Positions 31,059-39,362 of a stretch of DNA of 64,000 nt are shown one piece after another. Source of the DNA: an uncultured delta proteobacterium (GTDB lineage: Bacteria; Myxococcota_A; Polyangia; Polyangiales; JAFGIB01); assembly GCA_963778655.1 (NCBI GenBank), contig CAVZVA010000002.1:64001-128000 (forward strand), in the 5' to 3' direction. The translations under genes were made by a program, and so were the position numbers. The stretch's first letter is position 1; the number at the start of each line of letters is the position of its first letter. Under the pieces are notes generated by a model. The model was not told the DNA's origin. It worked only from the letters and a program-made list of their open reading frames with translations, and made no database searches.

Positions 31059-32663
31059 TTACCTACGGGCTGGACCGGCGGTGCGTCCGGCCCGGGGGGC
31101 GAGGTGCGCCCTCGCGAACGGCCTCCAGCAAGCAGCCAGATCTCGACTCCGAAGGTCTGCCGTGCTTTCGATTGCCGCAATTTCCGAAATCGGTCCCTCG
31201 ATTATCGTGACCAGCTGGCCCTCGATTTTCGTGATTGCGCTCACCTCGTCCGGTGATCGGGGTGGGTCGTAGGGCAGGTAGGCCGGCGGCTTGCCCGGCT
31301 TCTCGAAGGCGGCCATGAGCCGCGACAGGTGCGGGGCGATGCCGCTGGGTTTGGGCGGCTCGGGCGCCTGGGGCAGCACATGGGCGCGGCGGCCGTCGGC
31401 GTTTTTGTGCCGGTCGAGCGGGCGCAGCCGACATAGCTCCACGCCGGTGTGCGGGTCGATCATCGACACGCGCGAGAGGTCGAAGCGCGCGTAGCGAAGC
31501 CGCACATGCTCGATGTGGCGGTAGTGGGAAGGAATCTCCAAGCGCACGCCCTCGAGCGTGCAGGTGCCGTCACCGCGGCGCTGCTTGCGGCGGCGCTCGA
31601 TACGGAAGGCGTCGCGCAGCGCATCCATGCTCGGTGAGGCACGTCCGACGCTGGGAGCCGTGCGCAGCCGCGCAAGCGGCGTCATGCCCGTCTCGCGATG
31701 CACGCTCTGGTGGTAGTCGCCCTCGACCCACGCGATGGTCGCGCGGTTGAGCAGGTCGAGCTCGAGCAGCTCGACGCCCTCGAGCATCGCGACCAGCTGC
31801 CCCTCGACCGGGCCGAAAAAGTGCTCCTGCTTACCGTTTTGGTGCGGGCTCTCGCGCTCGGTGTAGCAGACCGTGATGCCCAGCCGCCGCAATCCCGCCT
31901 GCGTCTCGGCCGCGACCATCGCCGAGCCGTTGTCCATCATCAGCGCGCGCGGCAAGCCGCGCTTGAGAAAGGCCTGGCTCAGCGCGTGGATGAGCAGCTC
32001 GGCTTCTTCATCGAGATACCACTGCGCGTGGCAGCACACTCGGCTATGGTCGTCGAGCACGGCCAAGAGCTTGGGCTTGACCAGCCGGCCGTCCTTGCAC
32101 ACCACGTGACGCCTGCCGTGGTGGAAATCCAGATGCCACAGCGCGTGGGCGTGCGCCTTCTCGTAGCTGCGCGTCTCGCGCGGGCCGCGCTCGGCCCGGT
32201 GGTCGGTGCGGCGGCGGTGACGGTACAGACCGTGCGCTTTCATCGCGCGCCGCACCGTCGCGTAGCTCGGAAGCGGCCCCAGGGCAGCGTCGGCTTCGAC
32301 CAGCGCGTCGAGATTCTTGTGGTGCAGCGCGTAGCTCCACGTGGGGTGCTCGGCGTGCAGCCGCTTCATCTGCTGCAGCAGCGCCTCGCTCACGACCCGC
32401 TGGCTGCCGGCGTCCTTGCGCACCCGCCGCCGCAGCTGCCCGTACGGGTCGTCGCCGGCGCGGGCCGCATAGTACCACTTCTCCAGCGTCGAGTAGCCCA
32501 CGCGCATCAGCGCGCCCGTCACCGGGTGCTCGAAGCGTTTGCTCGATAGATCCCCCAGCGCCGCGCGCAGCTGCCCATGTGCCGGCGGCGACACCAGCAG
32601 AGGGCCGATCACCGCGTGTCGAAATCGCGCCCAGCGGTCCGCGGTCAGCTCGTCATCGCCCAT
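31059..32663 (-). CDS. DDE integrase/transposase (rve + Mu-like C-terminus); tail beyond about 31243 is foreign
   Basis: LWHLDFHH, DDHSR, MDNGSAM, NGKQEHFF. Confidence 0.88.
   Translation of the reverse strand: MGDDELTADRWARFRHAVIGPLLVSPPAHGQLRAALGDLSSKRFEHPVTGALMRVGYSTLEKWYYAARAGDDPYGQLRRRVRKDAGSQRVVSEALLQQMKRLHAEHPTWSYALHHKNLDALVEADAALGPLPSYATVRRAMKAHGLYRHRRRTDHRAERGPRETRSYEKAHAHALWHLDFHHGRRHVVCKDGRLVKPKLLAVLDDHSRVCCHAQWYLDEEAELLIHALSQAFLKRGLPRALMMDNGSAMVAAETQAGLRRLGITVCYTERESPHQNGKQEHFFGPVEGQLVAMLEGVELLELDLLNRATIAWVEGDYHQSVHRETGMTPLARLRTAPSVGRASPSMDALRDAFRIERRRKQRRGDGTCTLEGVRLEIPSHYRHIEHVRLRYARFDLSRVSMIDPHTGVELCRLRPLDRHKNADGRRAHVLPQAPEPPKPSGIAPHLSRLMAAFEKPGKPPAYLPYDPPRSPDEVSAITKIEGQLVTIIEGPISEIAAIESTADLRSRDLAACWRPFARAHLAPRAGRTAGPARR
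31170..31243 (-). mobile_element. Transposon-end-like sequence
   Basis: On the minus strand TGAGCGCAA followed by TCACGAAAATCGAGGG and TCACGATAATCGAGGG. Confidence 0.5.
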
Positions 32664-32696
32664 CGACCATGACGCTACGACCCTCGGGCAGGGCGA

Positions 32697-33290
32697 TCAG
32701 CGAGCATCCTCTGCGTGAGAACCTCCTTGCATCGGAATGCGCGTTCCAAAATGACGCGCCAGAAACTCCAACGCGTGCACCATCCGCTCGCGGGCCGTGT
32801 CCAAGAAGCTATCCAGCAGCGATCGCGGCAGCTCCGAGGCCACCGGCGGCGGCATCAGCTCCGCCCGACCGATCTCGAAGCGCCGGCTGCGACCCACTCG
32901 CTCGGTCCACCACCAGCGCCAACGCGACAGCGTCCGGCGGTCGGCGCCCAGCGCCCGTGTCGCCTCAGCGGTCGGCACCGCTGATGGTCCCTGGCGCAGC
33001 GCCGCGCCCAGCAACACGGCCACCCCCAAGTACACGTACCGGCCCAGGAATCGCACCGATGGCGGCCGCACCCGCGTGCGGCACCCCTCCCGACGACAGC
33101 ACAGCCCGAACAACAGGCGCTGCTCCTCGCGCAGCGGCCACGGCCCCCGGGGCTTGCGTAAGTAGTTGGCGACGTCCAGCGCGCCACCACACCGCTGGCA
33201 GCCCCGCGCCTTGACTGCGCTCGCCAGCACACGGTCGATCTCGACAAGCACATCTACAAAGCTCGCGTCCGCGAGAATCTCGGCATACAA
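32697..33290 (-). CDS. Zn-ribbon/HTH accessory gene of the DDE transposon
   Basis: CQRCGGAL..LCCRREGCRTR..SVRFLGR..RRTLSRWRWWW; directly upstream of the transposase. Confidence 0.75.
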   Translation of the reverse strand: MYAEILADASFVDVLVEIDRVLASAVKARGCQRCGGALDVANYLRKPRGPWPLREEQRLLFGLCCRREGCRTRVRPPSVRFLGRYVYLGVAVLLGAALRQGPSAVPTAEATRALGADRRTLSRWRWWWTERVGRSRRFEIGRAELMPPPVASELPRSLLDSFLDTARERMVHALEFLARHFGTRIPMQGGSHAEDAR

Positions 33291-33428
33291 GGGAGCCTCC
33301 TTCGTCTTTGGCGATTCGAAGGAGCGCCCCCTCGGAGGCTTGTGGTCAAGTTTTCCGAGGGGGCTTTTCTATGCACCCTCGACGACCCTGCTCAGGATCC
33401 CCCAGCTTCCCCTCGACGAGTTCGAACA

Positions 33429-33731
33429 CGCAGACCGCGTGCTGCCGGTGTCGGCGCGCTCCTTGGGCACCAAGGCGTCGAAGCCGCCACGGCGATAGGC
33501 GCGCAGCCACCCACGGATCGTTTCTGCTGCTACCCGACGACGCAGTGTGCCTGGGATGTTGTAGTCGCGCTCGGCCTTCTCGGTCAGCAGCTTGTACAGA
33601 CCGCGGTGATGAAGCGGTAGTTGTGCCAGATCGGCGATCACGCTGTAACGAAACAGCGCTACCGCTTGCTGTTTGGGGTCCAGCTCGCCTCCGCGGTAGC
33701 TCAGATCCAGGTCCAACGATTCGGTCGGCAT
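33429..33731 (-). pseudogene. N-terminal fragment of a related DDE transposase interrupted at 33428
   Basis: VALFRYSVIADL..ETIRGWLRAYRRGGFDALVPKERAD, then a TGTTCGAAC element end. Confidence 0.75.
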
Positions 33732-34072
33732 ACGTGACTCTCCTGTCGATGCGCGCCTCGGAACGATTCCGATGAGCGAGAGCGCAAAGGGAGCAAGTCT
33801 GTGGCTCGCCGACAGCTACCGTTTCGTGTGGATCGGCTTGGCTGACCTCTGAGGTGGACCCCATCGTTCGGACCAGCAGGGAGGCTGGCTAGAGTGGAGT
33901 CTGTTCCGGGTTGATCACGAACATGGGTCGTCGTCGTCTTGGTTCTATCTGCAGAAGGTCTCGGTCGTCCAGCAGTCTCGGGGAGGCATCGGCGGGCGAT
34001 CGAGGGGGGTCCAGGGGGGAGACTGACAAGTGGTGGATACTCGGTGCAGAGCTGTGGATTACGGTGGGTTCG

Positions 34073-34950
34073 TCAGGCGGCCACCGGCTGCATCGAGCGG
34101 TAGAAGGCGTCCGGCGTCTGGTAGCCCAGGGCCTGATGATCGCGGTGGTAGTTGTAGTAGTCGAAGTAGCGGCCGATGCCGCTACGCGCCTCGACCAGGT
34201 CGCAGTACGCGTGCAGGTAGACCTCTTCGTACTTGAGCGAGCGCCACAGCCGCTCGACGAAGACGTTGTCCAGACAGCGGCCCTTGCCGTCCATGCTGAT
34301 GCGCACGCCAGCGTCGCGCAGCACGCTGGTGAACGCCTCGGCGGTGAACTGCGAGCCCTGATCGGTGTTGAAGATCTCTGGCGTGCCGAACCGTGACATC
34401 GCCTCGTGCAGCGCCTCGACGCAGAAGCTGCTGTCGAGCGTGTTGGAGAGCCGCCACGACAGCACACGGCGGCTGTGCCAGTCCATGATCGCCACCAGGT
34501 AGGCGAATCCTCGGTCCAGCGGGATGTACGTGATGTCCGTGGCCCACACCTGGTTCACCCGAGAAATCTCGAGGTTCCTGAGCAGGTACGGATACACCGG
34601 ATGCTCTGGCGCAGGTCGGCTGGTATCGGGCCGCGGCACCATCGCCGCGATCTCCATCAGCCGCATCAGGCGTTGCACGTGCTTGCGGTTCACGCGCAGG
34701 CCCTGCTTGGCTAGCTCCTTGGCCAGCTTGCGGCTGCCCAGGTGCGGCCACTTCAGATGCAGCTCGTCGATGCGGCGCATCAAGTCGAGCTCGTCGGGGC
34801 TCGTCGACACCGGCTCGTAGTACAGCCCGGAGCGGCTGACGCCCAGCAGTTCGCACTGTTTGCGGATCGAGAGCTTGGCCTCGGGCTCGACCATCGCACG
34901 CCGCTCCGCTAACGGCGCAGTTCGAGCCCGCGTGATAAAAAATCGCGCTC
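34073..34950 (-). CDS. IS3 OrfB (DDE), probably reached by frameshift
   Basis: WATDITY, NTDQGSQF, DNVFVERLWRSLKYE; T-run GATTTTTTATC at the orfA/orfB overlap. Confidence 0.88.
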
Positions 34951-35193
34951 GACCGTCAGCTCGCCGATCTTCTTGAGCAGCTCCTCTTCGCGCTCGCTGT
35001 GCCCGGCCGGCTCGGCCTCGCTGCCGAACGCCAGCGCCGCGCGCTCGATGAACTCGCGCTTCCACTTGTAGATCTGGTTCGCGTGCACCCCGTAGCGCCG
35101 AGCCAGCTCTGGGATGCTCTGCTGCTCTCGGACAGCCTCGAGCGCGACCTTGGCTTTGAACGCGGCCGTGTGCTTCGTGCGGGTCTTCTTCAT
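34909..35193 (-). CDS. IS3 OrfA
   Basis: HTAAFKAKVALEA..YGVHANQIYKWK..KIGELTVERDFL. Confidence 0.9.
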   Translation of the reverse strand: MKKTRTKHTAAFKAKVALEAVREQQSIPELARRYGVHANQIYKWKREFIERAALAFGSEAEPAGHSEREEELLKKIGELTVERDFLSRGLELRR

Positions 35194-35271
35194 GGCTCCT
35201 CTTCCTTTCTGTCAAGGAGCAGGCTCCATCTACCACCTTACCGGCTGGTCCGAAATTCGGGGTCCACTTCA

Positions 35272-35560
35272 CATTGGCCACCCGCCAAACCACATAGACG
35301 TTTGGAACGACCGCGGGGACCACCTGGTCCTGTCGTGGGCGGGGACCACCACTATGGGCAGTCACGACCTCGTGGCCACCTCCGGCCTAACGAAGGGAGG
35401 CATGCCCGGCGCGACGTTCCTCGTCACCCAGGGCGCAATCGACGTCACATCGCTCATGAACAATCACATGATCGCGACGTTCCAGATGACGGGGAAGGAC
35501 TCGCAGGGGAACAACATGCAGCTCACCGAAGGCATGGTCGACGTCGAGAAGTACTACTAG
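35272..35560 (+). pseudogene. C-terminal fragment of an unknown protein between IS3 and the IS630 end
   Basis: Open frame with coding-like composition ending LTEGMVDVEKYY*; start removed by IS3. Confidence 0.45.
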
Positions 35561-35735
35561 TGCCGCGTCCGGGTTGATTTGATGCCGTCGTAGCGGAAGA
35601 CGCGCCGTGCATCGTCAACACGGAACTTCCAGTCGATTGTGCGGCGATGATCGCTGGCGCGCTTGCGCCAAGCGGTGACCTCGCGGCGCAGGGTCGCCCC
35701 GCCGACACCCACCGTGCTCGCCTCCAGGCACAATC
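35557..35735 (-). mobile_element. IS630-family right-end remnant
   Basis: Minus strand TLRREVTAWRKR..TIDWKFRVDDARRVF; terminus CTAGTGCCGCGTCCGGGTTGATTTGAT identical to 51406-51432. Confidence 0.75.
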
Positions 35736-35911
35736 AGCGTAAAGAAGACAACGTCTCGCACTTCCTGCTCGGCAAGATCGGACTGAACGGCGGCTGTCGG
35801 GGTCACCTGTCGGGGATCACCTGCCAGCGCGTCTTCTCGAGGCGGGAACACCTGGCGCGTTGCGTCGCGGCGGCGCGCTTTGGGATCACCTGCACAAAGA
35901 ACCCGATCAGC

Positions 35912-35958
35912 GGTGCCCAGGGACGGAATCGAACCGCCGACACGAGGATCTTCAGTCC
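35912..35958 (-). other. 3' half of tRNA-Phe (att-site remnant)
   Basis: GGACTGAAGATCCTCGTGTCGGCGGTTCGATTCCGTCCCTGGGCACC; D-arm and 5' acceptor strand absent. Confidence 0.8.
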
Positions 35959-36188
35959 CGGAGCCGCGGGGCGTAGGTGCCGACTCAACCACAAGACCGA
36001 TCCCAACTGGCGACACCGACCCTCCGTGCTCGATCAGATGCGTAGCTGGCGGGTCAGCCCCTCACGAAAAGGACGCGCTCGACCAATTCCGCGTATCGCG
36101 CCTGCGAGCGTCCCGTGAGAGCGCTAAAGCGATCACGCATGGTGTGGCCCCCTGCTGGAACTTGTCTCGCCGAGGTCACTGCTGATCG

Positions 36189-36491
36189 CTACAGAACGCG
36201 CCGCATTCCGAGGTGCCGACGTAGGCGTTCGCGCTCCTCCTCGTCGGTGAACTCGCGCGTTCCTTGGCGATCGGCTTCGCGGCGGAGCGCTTGAAGTAGC
36301 GGGGCGGCTGGGATCATGCTCTTCCCGCCGACGCGCCAAATTGGTACCCCGAGGCGCCCGGCGTTGTCGCGAAGCCACCGCCAAGGCACCCCCGTCATGT
36401 CGATAGCGTTGCGAGGTCCGATCGTGATCGGCGCCACTGCGGCGTCTGCGCGTCCCCCTGACCCCACTCGCGGTTGTGTGCTCGCCACCAT
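36189..36491 (-). CDS. Small basic protein, possibly excisionase-like
   Basis: 100 aa, TGVPWRWLRD..VPIWRVGGKSMIP; lies between two att remnants. Confidence 0.45.
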   Translation of the reverse strand: MVASTQPRVGSGGRADAAVAPITIGPRNAIDMTGVPWRWLRDNAGRLGVPIWRVGGKSMIPAAPLLQALRREADRQGTREFTDEEERERLRRHLGMRRVL

Positions 36492-36600
36492 CCCTCGAAT
36501 CTACATATGCTATGTTCTAATTGACAACGCAATATTGAAAGCGGACCCGGGCGAAGCGGTCGCGTATCCAACAAAATTGCGTCATTTCAAGGAGTTAACC

Positions 36601-36622
36601 GGTGGAGGCGGCGGGAGTCGAA
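36601..36622 (-). other. tmRNA (ssrA)-like 3' end, att core
   Basis: TTCGACTCCCGCCGCCTCCACC, flanked by TAACTCCTTGAAAT on one side and TTGGAGAC x2 (36756, 36767) on the other. Confidence 0.7.
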
Positions 36623-36804
36623 TGGCCCTTGCGACTGTTTTCTAACCAGCGGACATCACGCGCTTTTCCACCGTAAGCGCCCGAGATAACCGCCGTTTCC
36701 ACTGGCCCGCATACTCTCCTGAACTCTCTGAACCTCTCTCGAAGTCTCCCTGGTCTTGGAGACATTTTGGAGACGGGCTGCGGGGGCGTCCGCGGTGCTG
36801 AACG

Positions 36805-37590
36805 TCATCGCGGTGGCAGCCAGAGCAAGCTGAGAACTCTTCCCCATGACGGCAGGCTCACGGAGTGCTCGACCAGCTCCAGGTCGTCACTCACGTTGGC
36901 AATCCACGCATTGGCCGTGACGGTCTCCGGGTGCTGCGAGATGGTGCCCTTCTCGAAGTAGTCCCAGGCGAGGCTCCACTTGTCGAGCTTCTGGCCCGGA
37001 TCGATCCACCCCCAGAAATCCTCGCCCCTCGAAGTCCATTCGACGTGACCGTCGTGCGAACACACCAGCGCCACGGCCTCCGGGCAGAGATCCACGAACC
37101 GCATCGCGGCCGCGGTCAGCGACACCTCGAACTCGTCTGCGATGGGCTTGACGACCTTCCAGCTCACCTTGGGCACGTCGCACTTGGGCGAGACCAGGTG
37201 CTCGGGCATCAACAGCTCGGCCGCGAAAGAGTTGGCCTCGCCCTCGCGCCCGGAGCCCTTGTAGTTCGCGACGAAGTCCTTGCTCGTGCAGATGCCGAGG
37301 TACGAAGCGCTCGAATGAACCTCGAAGTGCCCAAGCTCATGTGCGATGGCGAAGCGGGCTTGTTCCGGCGGCAGGGTTTCGGACACCGTGATCACGCTGC
37401 GCTTTCCAACCCGCGCGAGCTGGGCGCGTGAGCCCTTCATCGGCGCGTACTCGACCAACGCTCCCCTGACATAGGCGAGCGCCTCCAGCCGGGCCTCGGT
37501 CGGGTGGGCAAGCCGCAGCTCTTCGTACACGCGCTTGGCCACGTTGGACGCGAGGCTCCGGTGCGGCTCGACCCGCCGCCTAGCCTTCAT
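36805..37590 (-). CDS. ImmA/IrrE-family Zn metallopeptidase (CapP-like)
   Basis: RFAIAHELGH, EGEANSFAAELLMP, FEVSLTAAAMR, C-terminal GAF-like region. Confidence 0.9.
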   Translation of the reverse strand: MKARRRVEPHRSLASNVAKRVYEELRLAHPTEARLEALAYVRGALVEYAPMKGSRAQLARVGKRSVITVSETLPPEQARFAIAHELGHFEVHSSASYLGICTSKDFVANYKGSGREGEANSFAAELLMPEHLVSPKCDVPKVSWKVVKPIADEFEVSLTAAAMRFVDLCPEAVALVCSHDGHVEWTSRGEDFWGWIDPGQKLDKWSLAWDYFEKGTISQHPETVTANAWIANVSDDLELVEHSVSLPSWGRVLSLLWLPPR

Positions 37591-37996
37591 CGTCTTCGCC
37601 TTGGAGCAGGTAGGTGAGCGCGCGGATGGCATTCAACACATCTGCCCTCGACGCGCCCTCGAACTTCATGAAGTGCATGCCCGCAGCCCGCGGGCCGGCC
37701 TGTTCGACCAGGCCATTCAACTGGCCCAGCAGGGCAGCCATCTCCAGTTGCTCGTCCTCGACGCCCTGGTCCTGTAGGCGGGCAAGGTCTTCTTGCCTAC
37801 GGCGCTCCGCCTCCGCCCACGCGCGACCGCGCTCGGCCGCGTCGAAGGCGGCAACCTTGTCGCGCAGCTCGCCCGCGAACTGGGCGACATCAATCCCGAG
37901 GGACTCGGCCGCCTCACCAGGCGCCTCCGCGACGACCTCTTCATCCAAAGCGTCGAACAGGGCGTCGTCGAAGTTCTTCTTGTCGGCGCTACTCAT
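37580..37996 (-). CDS. Small acidic helical protein, putative anti-sigma / peptidase substrate
   Basis: 138 aa from MSSADKK; overlaps both neighbours; C-terminal AGMHFMKFEGASRADV. Confidence 0.7.
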   Translation of the reverse strand: MSSADKKNFDDALFDALDEEVVAEAPGEAAESLGIDVAQFAGELRDKVAAFDAAERGRAWAEAERRRQEDLARLQDQGVEDEQLEMAALLGQLNGLVEQAGPRAAGMHFMKFEGASRADVLNAIRALTYLLQGEDDEG

Positions 37997-38591
37997 GCTT
38001 GGCTCCTGACGCGGCGAGTTCTTTCTTGGCCAAGGTCGCCATGCGGCGCTGGAGCTTCTTGCGCACCACTGACACACGCTCTGGGGTCCAGTCCAGGGCC
38101 ACGGCGATGTCCTCGCGCTTGGTGTGCCCCTCCTCAACAGCCAGCAAGAGCATGCCGCAATCATCGTCGTCACCAGCGGCTGCCGTCGCCCGACGGGTGA
38201 GCGGAGTCTCCTCATCTCCGTCGCTACCGTCACAACCGCCGCCGGCCTCGCGGCTGACTTCGGCGGGGGACAACTCTTCCAGCTCGATGCCGGGCGTCAC
38301 CGGGTGCCTGTCGACCGCTCGCTTCGTGTCCATGACGATGCTCCTCATCGTGCGCGACAGCAGGTGAACAACGTCGCCTTCGTGGCCCGAGATCCAGTTC
38401 CGCTTGCCCTCCAGGACTCTCTCCACGGCCTTGTTGATCAGCTCCTTGACCTCCAGCGCCGCCGCCTGCCCATCTCCACGCCCGTGCCACCCGTACCAGG
38501 ATAGATACGCGCGCCCACGACGGACTAGCAGGTCCACCTGGGCGGTGTCCCAGCCAAAACTGCGAATGGCGTCGCGGGGCGAGGGCGTCAT
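37989..38591 (-). CDS. ECF sigma-factor-like protein
   Basis: Region-2-like VKELINKAVERVLEGKRNW; region-4 HTH KREDIAVALDWTPERVSVVRKKLQRR. Confidence 0.7.
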   Translation of the reverse strand: MTPSPRDAIRSFGWDTAQVDLLVRRGRAYLSWYGWHGRGDGQAAALEVKELINKAVERVLEGKRNWISGHEGDVVHLLSRTMRSIVMDTKRAVDRHPVTPGIELEELSPAEVSREAGGGCDGSDGDEETPLTRRATAAAGDDDDCGMLLLAVEEGHTKREDIAVALDWTPERVSVVRKKLQRRMATLAKKELAASGAKHE

Positions 38592-38739
38592 CGGCGGCCG
38601 TATTGGCTCTTCGGTCTAGAGGCGGATTCCTGGTCACGCGGGGAAGAAAAAAAGTGGCCGGGCCCCTGCATGACCAGGAATGCCCCTCACCAGCGAAGAC
38701 CTTGTGACGGCCGACTGCGGCCGAGATCGGAGGTAATGG

Positions 38740-39006
38740 TTGGAAAACTCCACTGAAAACGTCAAGCGCTCGGGCCAGCATCAGTTCCAGGTCCGGGTAA
38801 ATGGCCGCAAGGTCGATTTCGACGAGCGCCACGTCACGGCACGCGAGATCCTCGACAAGGCTGGCTTCGAGGGCGAGTTCTGCCTCGCGGCGACCCTCGG
38901 CGAGAGCGGCAAGGTCGAGCAGACCTTCTCGGACGGCGACCGCGTCGACCTGAAGAAGCACAAGCACTTCCGGGCGACCTTCGGCGGCTGCGAGGTGGTC
39001 GCGTGA
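38740..39006 (+). CDS. Ubiquitin-like (beta-grasp, multiubiquitin-type) protein
   Basis: GGAGG 6 nt before TTG; FQVRVNGRKVDF..VTAREILDKAG..DRVDLK..F; ends FGGCEVVA; GTGA overlap with the next gene. Confidence 0.75.
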   Translation: MENSTENVKRSGQHQFQVRVNGRKVDFDERHVTAREILDKAGFEGEFCLAATLGESGKVEQTFSDGDRVDLKKHKHFRATFGGCEVVA

Positions 39007-39362
39007 TCGAGAAGGTCCTCAGCGACCTTTGGGACGCCGGGTACGAAGGCGCCCGCGTGTACGGCCAGCGGCCGAACATCGTGGATGTCTTCGTACCCGG
39101 CTACCGGCCTCCCGCGGAGACCTGCAACGAGGAGGTCGCCGACATCATCATTCCGCTGCCGGCGACCTTCCCGGCCGCCGCGCCCTACGGCTTCTTCGCC
39201 GTGACGCCAATCTCGCGCAAGAGCGGGACGTGGCGGAACACGTCGAAGGCGAAGCCGCACACCTCGGCGACTTTCTTCTCGCGGCAGTGCCCCGAGTGGG
39301 ACCCCGCCAAGCACGACATCCTCACAATCCTCGCGTTCATCAACCTCTGGCTCTCGTCATGA
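39003..39362 (+). CDS. Prokaryotic E2/UBC-like protein
   Basis: IIIPLPATFPAAAPYGFF, FFSRQCPEWDP..DILT; ATGA overlap with the next gene. Confidence 0.75.
   Translation: MIEKVLSDLWDAGYEGARVYGQRPNIVDVFVPGYRPPAETCNEEVADIIIPLPATFPAAAPYGFFAVTPISRKSGTWRNTSKAKPHTSATFFSRQCPEWDPAKHDILTILAFINLWLSS

Larger units (their letters stand above)
33850..35271 (-). mobile_element. IS3-family insertion sequence, 1422 bp
   Basis: Imperfect IRs TGAGGTGGACCCC..TTCGGACCAGC and TGAAGTGGACCCC..TTCGGACCAGC; orfA and orfB present; no target duplication seen. Confidence 0.9.

Noticed and set aside
35912..35990. Complete tRNA-Phe gene
   Set aside because: Only the anticodon arm to acceptor 3' strand is present; there is no D-arm or matching 5' strand
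39029..39358. N-terminal extension of the JAB-E1 ORF (573 aa)
   Set aside because: It overlaps the E2 gene in another frame; the ATGA-coupled start at 39359 is more plausible
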